Source of the DNA: Antedon mediterranea
Taxonomy: Eukaryota > Animalia > Echinodermata
Assembly (NCBI RefSeq): GCF_964355755.1
Contig: NC_092670.1
Coordinates: forward strand, 5,198,201 to 5,262,200
Length of the DNA: 64,000 nt
Direction: 5' to 3'
The notes below the pieces were generated by a model. That model made no database searches, had not been told where the DNA came from, and was given only the letters and a program-made list of their open reading frames with translations. A program made the translations under genes and the position numbers. Positions 53,048 to 64,000 of this stretch are shown here, one piece after another; the stretch's first letter is position 1, and every line of letters starts with the position of its first letter.

Positions 53048-56000
53048 GGGTGTTTCCATAAATTAAGGGGCCAGTGGGTATTTTAGTATTGGTGATAGTT
53101 AGTTTGCTGTTTACTCTAAATTGGTAATAGTTATTTAAAAAATGATTTTATCATATGATAGAACAATAATATGGGTTAATACTATTACATGTTGGAAAAA
53201 AAAAATTGCAAAAAAAAACGATTTTTAAAAAAAATATATCGTGGTGTCTAGCTCATTTTATTAAAATATGTGTGACATTTAAATACACTGACATATCAGA
53301 GTTTAAAAAATATACTACAGCAATAGTTATTTTGTATTTATTTATCATCACAATAGAGTACAAAGCAACGTTAAATATAAGCTAATTACAATTTCCCACG
53401 ATTTTTTGTTTTCCACACAACGGTCCGCGACGTCCAGCATCACAACGTAACATTTCGTGTCTCACTTTGTTACGTTGTTAGTACGATCTTTATTAGTGAA
53501 CAGACACAAGAAGTACCACTATAATGACGAAAATCGAATTACATTCACTACAACAGATCACTGAAATTTACCTTACACAATGTTCTACAAAATGGCGATT
53601 TTATTTAGTCAGTTACAGACGAAAAACTATTTTTTTAGAACATTTCGTGTCTCGTATATTCGTTACGTAGTTATTCATAGACCATCGGTGGTAAACGCCG
53701 CGAGAGCTATTTCTGAAGTTGAAGGTCACGTGATTCAAGAAGCAGGCGAACTAAAGTCTCGGCGAAAAAATCATCGCTAGGATCCGCGCTAATTTCGAGT
53801 TACAGCGGTAGAGACTTTTCGTGTCCCTCTGTTACGTTGTTTCAACTGTTACGTTGTAAATAACTTCTACGCGCTTCATTGCATGTAAGTTTTGTGTATT
53901 TTTATTTTGTTAGTTTTTAGAATTTAGAAAATAGTGGGTTATAATGAAAAATACAAGAAAATTAAACGCCAAAACTATCTTCGTACTCTACGTCAACATC
54001 ATAGTCAAAAACTGGGTGTCGTATACACAATGAGACACGGTTACGTTGGTAGTTTGTTGATACTATATAGTTGATATTTGTTTTAATGTGGTAGGAATGT
54101 TGTTTATCTCATAGCAGCTTCATAATGTATACCCAATGAACAGATATGTCTATAATTGATTAATATTTAACAAATTAATGAGCAAAATTGCAAAACATTT
54201 TCCACTAGGCAGGTTACAGCGTAACATCGTAGAAGATACGCCGTGTCTTGTTACGTAGTGTACTAGACCTTATACTGGTGTAGTATTTTGCAAATAATTA
54301 GCAATTAGTTACCATAAAATCTTTAAATTTTACATTATGTGTTTGCTATTTGGTTATTGCTTCTATATGACACAGAAAAATAAAAATTTATTTAATTATT
54401 GTCACAAGAAATAGGGATAAAAGTCCATAGTTTACAACCACTTTCAGAATAAAAACAAATTCGTCGTTTTTGACTATTCTATTTGTTACAGTAGGAAAAA
54501 AAAAGAATTGTATTTGGTTCATTTCAGTTATAATAAAAAACATATTACACAAAATAATGTGTAATATTAGTACATAATTTTGTTTATTTATTTAACGTTG
54601 CTATTCGACAAGATAAAATATGAATTAAATGTTTACTATAATATACATTTAAAATACCCTCCACTATAGTGAGCGAGTCCAAGCAACTTGGTTGTCGCGT
54701 ATGCGCGCCTATCATATTTGGGCGATTTCACTTGATGTGTAGGGAATATTTAACTTGTTTCAATTACAATCTACGGAAGATATACTAAGGTTTTATAAAT
54801 TTAATAATAATTAATAACTTTATTTAAATTGATAAAAACAATTACATATAATATAAACGCAAGGCTGTGGATAACAATTTATTATGAACGAAATCAAATC
54901 AAAACAACAAAGAACAATAGGTTCTCCTAATAGTAATAGGATAGTATTACCACGTGCTTGGGCAATGAACTCTGCTCCACATTGCGATAAGTTTATTTTT
55001 AGCTGGCTCGGCGACTCCGAAGCTGAAAGGGGTGACTGGTATTTCTACAGGTCTGTACGATAATTATTAAGGGTTTTCCGAAATATCACGTGCTTGGCTA
55101 ATGAGCTCTCCTCCACATTGAGATCGCGTTTATTTTTTAGCTGACTCGGCGACTCCGGCGGTATTTCTACAGCGAGAGTGTATATACTCCATGTACGATG
55201 ATTATTAATAGGGTTTTCCGAAACACCACGTGCTTGGCTAATAAAATTCTCCTCCAAATTGAGATCGCGTTTATTTTTAGCTGTTCAGTTTGATGGACCT
55301 TTATTTTTTAATTTTTATTGAAAACCAACGTGATTGCTGGCTCGGCGACTCCCGGTGCTCAAATTGGGTGACTGGTATTATTTCGGTCATGGTTCGGTGA
55401 ACCTTTATTTTGTTGGCCAAAACCCACATGCTTGCTTCGTCGGCTCCCTACAAAGAGATCGCGCTTAGTTTAATGGGGAACCTTTATTTACTCTTCGTTT
55501 TAAATATATTCCATAGACTTCAACATTATAACTAGTCTACTGTTTTCCCCGATGTGGTTTAAAAACAATTATAAAAGAATGAGAAATAAAGTCAACAGAC
55601 ATTTTACAACATTTAAAAATAATACGTAAAAAACATTTATACCCAGTATAACTAAGACAAAATTATCAGTAACATATTAATTTTATTATAATAATAAAAT
55701 GATAATAATAAATATTTGATGAATAAAATTAATATTTTAAACTAATAATCTGAAAAGAAAGCAATAGTTTTAGTCAAATCAATTTATGAGCATAACTCAA
55801 GAAAGACAAATATATACAGTGTTCATTTATTGTTTTATAATTAATAATAATAAATATTATAATCCATCAACATAAGATAAGAAAACACTTTCTTTAGTAT
55901 AGTAGGCCTAACATATTTTATAATAATAATAGATATATTTATTTTTATTTAAATTGGTATAATTTATATTAAAAATACTTAATTATATACTTTATATTTC

Positions 56001-57349
56001 TATATGATGATGAATCAAATTTAACCCAGATGGGCAAATCTAATGTTTCATTGTCATTTTTTTCATCTATACAGATCAGCAGCTTAATCAACAATGTTAC
56101 CGTTCCAATTGAGAACTGCATTTAACCCCAAAAATAGAGATGCCGCATCAACAAAAAGACCAACCAAAGAAACATCAGCCCACAGACGGTTCTCGAATAT
56201 ACAGTAATTTCAGCGTAAAAAAAAATTACATAACTGAAATTAAATTATTAAACAGGGTTACATCAGGTGGTTAAAATCAGCACTGAAAGTACGAACCAAC
56301 TTTATATACCATTGAGTAAACATTTTAGAAGTAATGCGCGATTTACCAAATTTTTCCCTCACGTAAATTTATATAGATTATACGTTTTAATGATTGAACA
56401 AGAGTGTTAATGCGAAGTATATCCAAATGTATTCTCAATGATTTTACTGTAAATGACTATTAATAGTATATTTTAGCAGTTTGTTGTGTGCAGTAGTAAT
56501 TACAGTTGTCACACTTTAAAAATAATGTAGTAGTTCTTGTTGACTTATTTAAGTGAACTATTTGGTGTCTCTGTTACACGTGAAAACTTCAATTTTTTAT
56601 TGCATGAATTATATTGTTTTATTGATTAAAAGATAGTATTTGATATACTATTTTTACCAGTTTATCAATTGTATGCAGTAGTAACCACATTTGTTACACT
56701 TTAAAAATGGCTGCATATCAAAACCATTTCATAAAACATTGTGACGAGTTAAAGTGAACATTTGGTGTCTCCGTTACACGTGAAATCTTCCATTTATATT
56801 TCATGAACCATATTGTTTTATTTCCACATGGAGGTATGATCCTGATTTGACTTGTTGCTAGTAAATGTATATACTTGAGGTATATTCTGTTCATTTCTGT
56901 ATTGTTTACATGTAATTTTTAAACAGCAGTGACTTTACAAATCTTTTATATAGAAATTAAGTCAACTTTAACGGCTTTGCATAATTATTTCATAAGCTAT
57001 TTTTTAAATTTGAAAAGGTGTGATTTAAATAATATTTTTCTGCATTGAAGATGTTCCCAAAAGCTATTTAAAAATCCAATTTAAACAGTTTTAGGTTATT
57101 AATAATAACTTATAAGAGGGGTAGATAATGTGATTTTGGTGTCTCCGTTACACGTGAAATTTGCTATGCATGTTGATACTATATAAATGCTGTTACATAG
57201 AGACAACAGATTTAATGTGTATTTTGCTTCTTTTTTTTAGTTCAAGTACATGATATACTATTTAGAATTGATTATTAGACTTAGAATGTCACACTTTGAA
57301 ATTCTGACCCTAATGTCACACCTTGGCCCCTTTATTTATGGAAACACCC
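53048..57349. mobile_element. 4.3-kb non-autonomous TIR element (Sola2-like)
   Basis: 26-bp TIR GGGTGTTTCCATAAATTAAGGGGCCA / TGGCCCCTTTATTTATGGAAACACCC (1 mismatch), 4-bp TSD ATAA on both sides, subterminal GTGTCTC...GTTAC repeats. GRG termini with a 4-bp TSD fit Sola2; no transposase ORF is evident. Confidence 0.8.
54945..55470. repeat. ~135-140-bp degenerate tandem repeat (3-4 copies) inside the 4.3-kb element
   Basis: Recurring CACGTGCTTGGC...CTCCACATTG.GAT...TTTATTTTTAGCTG.CTCGGCGACTCC. Confidence 0.85.
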
Positions 57350-58051
57350 ATAAATACAATTTTTTTGCAGCTTAATTTTCTGACAACGAGAAAAATGTGA
57401 TTGCTGCCCTCTTTATTCGAGGTATATTCAGAGCGTTCTCTCTACTTCTCTACGGAGCGCTATTTATGCCTTTATTTACTTCCGAAATAGAAATAGTACT
57501 ACCGTAACTGCTAAAGTGGATCACATTTGGCACCGGTGGAGCACAGTGATGTAGAATAGAAATAAATCACTAAATTAAATATATTTTCATATATTAATAC
57601 ACTGTGCTCAAGTGGACCAAATTTGGCACCAGTGGAGCAGTGATATAAAATAGAAATAAGTCACTGCATTTTAATATCGTTTCGTATGTTAATACACTGT
57701 GCTCAAGTGGACCCAATTTGGCGCCAGTGGAGCACACTCTGTGATATAAAATACAAATAAATTCACTGAATTTTAATATCTTTTTGTATGTTAATACACT
57801 GTGCTTAATTGAACCCAATTTGCCGGGGAGCACAGTGGTATATAGAAATAAAGTCACTAAATTTTAATAAATTTAAGAAACAACAATATCCTTTGTGTTC
57901 CCTTTAGCAGAGTCAATGTTCTTTAAAATGTAGTAGATTTAAGATTTAGTCCAGGCCCATCCCTATATCGACATTTTTAATTCCAATCCTTATCTGTTTC
58001 GTCGTAATTTAAGTGTTTCTGAGTTGTTGTAATTGTCTTTATATCTGTTAA

Positions 58052-58650
58052 AGCTCAGGTACAGGCATGAATTTTTAATATAATATTTGGTTAATTGTAC
58101 ATAAATCAAATATTTGAAACAGAAATCAAGACGAAAAAAACATGAATTTCCCTTAATATGGTCAAATACAACATTTGGCAAAATTCTGCCATAAAAACCA
58201 GGAAGAATATTGTTTTCAGTAGTTAGGTAGTTTAAGCTAATGTAATAACATGTCTGGTGACTCCCTAGAAGGTGAAAAAAGGTGGTGGATATACGGTGGA
58301 TAATTTTTGCTATAGCATGAAAATAAAAATCTGAAGTTGAATGAAAATACCAGAAATGTAAAATTCAATTTATATTACCTATATTTAGTCATCTGTTTAC
58401 ATTTTTTACCACACCATTTATTTTTCATAGCTTTTTAAAATGCCTCTCTATTTACAAAATTTGTGTACAAAAGAATAGAGATTTTACTGTGTAATTTGAA
58501 CTATCCCCCCACTAATAAGAAAGTCTTTATTTTCAACAAGCTCGTGTAACACAAATAAATCCAAAAAAATTATGAAACATAGGAGAAACTATAGATCGAT
58601 AATTATTGGAATGTATGATCAATAGAAATTTTTTTGCCCGTACCTGGCCT
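58052..58650. mobile_element. Non-autonomous TIR element with TTAA TSD (Kolobok-like)
   Basis: TTAA|AGCTCAGGTACAGGCA ... TGCCCGTACCTGGCCT|TTAA. Purine-purine termini with a TTAA TSD fit Kolobok. Confidence 0.7.
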
Positions 58651-59389
58651 TTAAACCAAGCTAGCTGTAAGTGGCGGATTTGTTTCTGCTGTTGTTTTTG
58701 GTTTAAAAAACTAGAGACTTAATATTTAATTTCATATTTCAATGAATAGGTACACTTTCCGGAGACAAGCTCTATTGTCATAATTGTCTATTGTTATAAT
58801 TTCAAATCATGTAAAGTGCCATTTTTCGGGCGGGAACCTATGCAGCTCTATTTTTCAAAATTGTCTTTGCTCTGTACTGAAGATTCTTATACATGTTGTT
58901 AAAAAAAATAATAGATGTCATTTCCGGGGACATTGCAGCTCTATTTTAAACAGTTTGGTATGCCGTGCGTTGTTATACAAATGAGTTTGTGCAGGTGTAT
59001 TAAGGGGGAAGATGGTATGTTAGTCATTCGCGGTAAACACGCCACACTGTTAAATTTGATGTTGTTAATCTTTACATTAGAAAATTGTTCATTCAAATCA
59101 TGTAAATAAAACATTTTCCGGACGGGAACCTAGCAGCTCTTCGTTTTTAGTTTGGAAAAGTAATCTCGAAAAGAACTCCATGTGGAAAAGAAGCCTACCC
59201 AAGAGTACTAAAAATGAAGGAGCACATGGGCTTCTTTTCGAGGTTTTATGGCAGTCTATTTAATGGAAAATAATGTCATGCAACTTTGTTTTTGATTTTT
59301 AAAAATGTCCACTTGTTTAGGCCTGACATTTACAACCCTTAAAATATCTCTCTTTCAAAATCAAAGAAAAACAATATTTATTTTCAATT

Positions 59390-59477
59390 CAAAAAAAAAA
59401 AAATCCGTAGAGGTTCGAACCCAATCTACTAGAGCTGAGAGCATCCTAACCGGAGCATTACCCGTTCGGCCACAAAG
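59390..59477 (-). other. Short A-box/B-box Pol III-like unit, divergent from 59578
   Basis: Minus strand TGGCCGAACGG ... GGTTCGAACC ... followed closely by a long T-run. Confidence 0.45.
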
Positions 59478-59577
59478 TAGTACATGACTAAACAGCTGAT
59501 AATAGTCTATTTAGACGTGTATTACGTAATTTATCATTACGTCATAAATATCCTATTAACCTTGTTAAAACCAAAAT

Positions 59578-59839
59578 CGCCAGTTAGCTCAGTCGCCTGA
59601 GCGTCGTGTTGACAACACGTATGTCGTGGGTTCGATTCCCACGCTGGTCGGTGGAATAGAGTTAAGGCTATGCGAGCCACTGTGTTTGGGGTTCACAGAT
59701 CATACGTCCCCCTTTCCACCACACATCATGAGGCGACAACATCAATGCATCTGGTGATGTGCTGGAAACGATCCCCAAAAGGCTGTGGCAGGGCCTTAGT
59801 GCTGAGGCAGGGAGAGCACATTTAACATCTTTTTTTTTT
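59578..59839 (+). ncRNA. tRNA-headed Pol III-type unit (tRNA-Ile-like scaffold, anticodon position GAC) with a structured 3' extension; SINE or ncRNA
   Basis: Cloverleaf at 59578-59650: D-stem GCTC/GAGC, anticodon arm CGTG-TTGACAA-CACG, T-arm GTGGG-TTCGATT-CCCAC, acceptor GCCAGT/GCTGGT. Lacks D-loop GG and has a C1:C72 mismatch. First T-run at 59830-59839. Confidence 0.6.
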
Positions 59840-61494
59840 AAGTTTTTTTTTTCAACCTGTATTCGATCTCGTAAATTTTATGTTTGCCGCCCTCAATTTT
59901 AAAAAGAAATTGAATTTATTATTTTCATCGCAGGTGTACCAAACGGCTTGGTATGCCGTGCGTTGTGATGCAATGGTCACGTGCAGTGGGAAAGATGCTA
60001 TAATTGTTAGTCATTCACGGTCAACACACCACACTGTTAAATTTTGATTTTAATCACTGTGCTCCACTGGTGTTGATACATTGGTAACGAAAAAGATATT
60101 GTATTGTAATATGTTATGAATAAACGTTTATGGTAGTTGGTGTGTTTGCTCAGAATCCCAGAATAAACATGTTTTAAATAGATAGTTTGTCTCCGATGGT
60201 TTTTGTATGGGTTAATGGAAAGTGAAATAAGATAAAATATAGAACATTTGCAAAGATGCCGATTTCGAGACCAATTTCGGGCTAGGCCTTAGGCATATAT
60301 GAAGTCGAGTTTTTAGAGTTGAAAACCCCACCTAAAATTTTGAAGTAGCATCTGGATAGTTGAAATTTTAATATTATCATAATTATCATAGGTGACTATG
60401 TATAGTAATAAGTATAAGTGCAATTCTGGGCTCTATTTTCATTATTAGCTCCATGGTGGGCTAGTACTTAACTTAATATTTAATTTCATATTTCAATGAA
60501 TATGTGCACTTTCCAGGGACACTAAATAAGTATTTATCTTAGACAAACGCAAGTTATTCAAATTACTGCTTGAAACTAATTTTTCTTTTGCATTACGGAT
60601 GGAGTAACCGATATTTAACATATAAAGCAAGTTTGAAATATTTTTGAAGTATTTCCAGAAGTATTTTTTCTCGATGTTTTAAATACGAAAAGATATTAAC
60701 ATTCAGTGACTTATTTATAGTTTATATCACTGTGCTCCACTGGTTCCAAATTGTGTCCACTTGAGCACAGTGTATTAACATACGAAAAGATATTGAAATT
60801 CAGTGACTTTTTTCTATCACTCTTCCTGTGCTCTCCTGGAAATTGTGTCCACTTGAGCACAGTGTATTAACATACGAACAGATATTCAATTCAATTCAAT
60901 TCATATTTATTAAGCGCCGAATTCTTTCCAGAATTGGGAAAGGCATGCGCACTGAATGAAACATTGACTAAATATAATAACATGTTTTTAATAAAATACA
61001 GTATCAAGAACTGAACTGAACAATGTCACTTACCGGTGGCAGCCGACGGTTTTGATTCTAGTCAACAAAACCAAATTAATACCGATATTCCTGAATTAGA
61101 CTGCAACCAATTTGTGATATTTCCAATATGAAGCTGTTAAGACGATAATTTGGATGATCATCACTTTTCTCGCTGTATGAAAGAGTTTACGATCATCAAA
61201 CATGTTTACTTAATTAGTTGATCATTGATTTGAGAAGTTTATGACGACTACAATTATAATCATAACGTTTGTTATTAAATGCTTCAATCAACAATATTTT
61301 TAACATTTGTAATACAATAAAAATAATTAAAAAAATTATCAGGATCTATATTCTTTTCTTTTTAATTCATATTAAAAGTACAGTGCAGTAATAAAAGCAA
61401 ATATTGATAAATGCCAACCCAAGCTCCTCAGTTGTTTCTTCCGAACGCTTTCATTTTTAAACATCAGAAAATCTATAGAGGGCGCTAATGTTAT

Positions 61495-61631
61495 TGATAC
61501 GATATTGATCGATCGTCTCTCGTCGTCGCCCCCCGGTGGTCGTCGCGATCGTGTGGTTGTGGAGAATAACATTGAACTGGCGAAGGCCTAACCTAGGACT
61601 AGAATCCATCTGTCCAAAAATAACAGTAAGT
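61495..61631 (+). promoter_or_regulatory. Probable promoter and non-coding first exon of a divergent neighbouring gene
   Basis: Local CpG-rich patch (CGTCGTCGCCCCCCGGTGGTCGTCGCG) ending in ACA|GTAAGT (donor at 61626), followed by AGGCCTAG-rich sequence as in RagC intron 1. No coding exon was identified. Confidence 0.45.
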
Positions 61632-64000
61632 GAACTGATCTATTAGGTGTTTTAGCGTGCAAGGTTATTGACGCTAGTGGTAACTGTCATTTTAGTAAAC
61701 ACAGGCGAGTGAAACACTAATTATAAACCACGTAAGTATAGAGGAGGATGCCGGTTTAAAAAGTAAGGCTATTTTTTGTCTTCGATCCCACCACACACAC
61801 GGTCACAGCGGCCCATCCAGAGCAGCAGCAGGCGCGGCTTAGCCTACATACAGTAGGCTAGGAGATTACCCAAAAATCTACTAGGCCTAGGCTATTTTAT
61901 ACTGGATTGGTGGTCAATTAGTAAAAATTTCAATTCCAATTATTGACTACAATCAAGTCTGTCTTTGCTGTTCAAGAAGAAAAAAGGTTTCAAGTAAAAA
62001 AAAAAAAAAATTGTTTGCATCCGCCCCAGCCCAGTCTCGGAAACATGAATCCATTTAATAGGGTCCTAATGTTATGCGTAATTTGAACGATTCGCACAAA
62101 TTGAAATTGCACAACTTTATCACATATTATTTATGAAATTTCTTGTCTAGGCTAGGCCTAGGCCTATATTATTTTAATTTTATGCACTGCATGCTATCAT
62201 TACATTCTGTGTAATCAAACTAATGGGTTATGTTTGCATGAAATTTAGATTTCAAGAAAACAAAATGGTTAAACAACCAATAAGAATACTGTACAGTACT
62301 GTAGTAGTATATTGCTATAAATTGATTGAATTGCATTTGTACAGTAGCTCAACATTCTGACTTACTGTGCGTACACCGATTATGTAGCAACACTTTTAGT
62401 GGTCCAACAATGCCACACACAATTATGTAAAGTCCAGTTTACACTACCTGGATGAATGACAACTTTACATTTCATTACTGTATGTTTCTAATATAGGTAT
62501 TTTACATTTGGTTTGAATAGTCTACTAATTGATCACTGAGCCAGCTTTATTATGATGGTTGTAAATTATTCACGTTTTAACATACGCAGAAATAAATTAC
62601 CAACAATTGTTTTGTTGTTGGTTTCCAGTCTACTGAAGACGGTTGTACCAGACAACAAATGATACAAACATTTTAAACTATACATTACTAATCTGTATGT
62701 CCTTGCATGGTGTATTGGCGCAAACCTAAAACTGTGCTGGTGTTTATTTGCCATGCAAACATTAAAACAATCATTGTTTTTTGGTTACGTCTCTTGACAC
62801 AAAAATGAATGTCCAAAATAGTTTTACTATTAATTATAACTGTAGTGTAGTTCAAATGTTGGTTTGGAATGCAGACACCATAAATAAAGACAACACGTTT
62901 GATGCCTGATCAAACAGATTAATGAAATTAATGTATCTTTTGTAGTAACAGTGTCTTGTCTTTTGGCTATACAATGTTACAGCTACTTTATAGACACCAA
63001 GCAATTTTATGCAATAAATAGCATTAAACATTCAGTGACTGTGCATTTCATGGATGTACTGTAATTTCCTCATGCTGTAAGGTACCTACCATACAGTGCT
63101 TGAGCAGTGGTATTGCGCATAGGCCAAAGGGCTCTGGTTTTGGAATTTTAAAGAGGCCTTTCAACATTGAGCTGGGAGTCATGAACATGAAGGGCAATGG
63201 CACCTCTGGCCCCCTTTTCAACATGTATGATTACGGTTTAATTATAAAATGTATGCTTTGTAACAAAAAAACTAACCACCTATTAACATAATTTAACCCA
63301 AAAAACAGTATAACTGTATAGTCTCTAACCGAACCCTCTGAAAAACCAGTAACAAAAACCAGTAACACAAACCAGACTCCATGTTTCAATTAACTAAACA
63401 AATCAAAATGTATGATTATTAATATTATTTAAATAATGTTTAAACACATACTGTAAATGTGCTAACATTAACAACATTGTATATTTTATTTTATTTTATT
63501 TTTATTTTATCAGACCACCTTTATTGTTTATTTGATTATTAAATGTACAGTATTAATTTGGTGGTTTTGCACATAATTTTCTTGAGCACTGCTAATGCTA
63601 CTATCCTCATTTTTTTTAATTTCTTTCATTTTCACAGACCACCTTTAATCCTCTCCATCAATCATTCTGCTCTGTGCTTCATCATCCCTTCTTTCTACAT
63701 GCTTGTTGCAGTACTGATGGAAAAAACATACTTTCTTTTTTTTGTATAATAATTCATAATTTTGAAGGCTACTGATATCTTGAAATCTAATAATATCTTA
63801 TGCAAGGATTTATATCATCTTTTACACAATGTGAACCTTTACTGATTAATACATAACCTGAGTTAAATTTGGTGACAACATATAGACATTATAAGGGATA
63901 AGATATTCATTGTCTGTCCTGTTTAAATAAAGAAAATGATTATTAGTGTCTGTAGAATTCTGAAACAGTCATTAACTGAAAGCAGTCACGTAGTAACAAC

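Larger units (their letters stand above)
57515..60890. repeat. Inverted arms built from ~120-bp hairpin-containing units (degenerate foldback element with nested insertions)
   Basis: Units CACTGTGCTCAAGTGGAC...GTGGAGCACAGTG at 57515-57865 appear in reverse orientation at 60055-60105 and 60680-60890. Confidence 0.7.

Noticed and set aside
59578-59650. Functional tRNA-Val(GAC) gene
   Set aside because: Missing D-loop GG, C1:C72 mismatch, Ile-like scaffold and no adjacent terminator; kept only as tRNA-like.
59650-59830. Canonical H/ACA snoRNA or hammerhead (CTGGTGA...GAAAC) in the extension
   Set aside because: ANANNA and a terminal ACA exist, but the pocket geometry is not canonical; the hammerhead core is mismatched and has no stem II.
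63636-63708. Possible plus-strand exon after TTTTCACAG
   Set aside because: No recognisable protein and a weak donor; cannot be supported without transcripts.
1964-63749. Remaining 60-105 aa ORFs in the track
   Set aside because: Low-complexity AT-rich translations without recognisable domains, or antisense to real exons and repeats.

Overview
AT-rich metazoan genomic DNA, probably an invertebrate; an echinoderm-like deuterostome is a guess from the repeat types. One protein-coding gene spans most of the window: a RagC/RagD (RRAGC/D) GTPase on the minus strand. I reconstructed 8 phase-consistent GT-AG coding exons, from an ATG-only exon at 52796-52798 down to 1102-1250 (991 nt, ~330 aa); the last exon lies beyond position 1. 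The introns (up to ~26 kb) and the upstream region hold tRNA-derived SINEs, 3' LINE remnants, non-autonomous TIR elements (Harbinger-, Kolobok-, Sola2- and pogo/Tc1-like) and minisatellites. Main observations: (1) a Penelope-type minimal hammerhead ribozyme repeat family, including a 5-unit ~190-bp tandem array; (2) a decayed Mab-21/cGAS-like (cGLR) pseudogene in intron 7; (3) a tRNA-headed, T-run-terminated Pol III-like unit with a divergent partner; (4) TA->TACAGTA/TACTGTA insertions that look like Tc1/mariner excision footprints; (5) a 4.3-kb TIR element carrying CLEAR-like E-boxes next to the Rag promoter. A probable first exon of a divergent gene lies near 61.5 kb. All calls come from manual reading; no searches were run.
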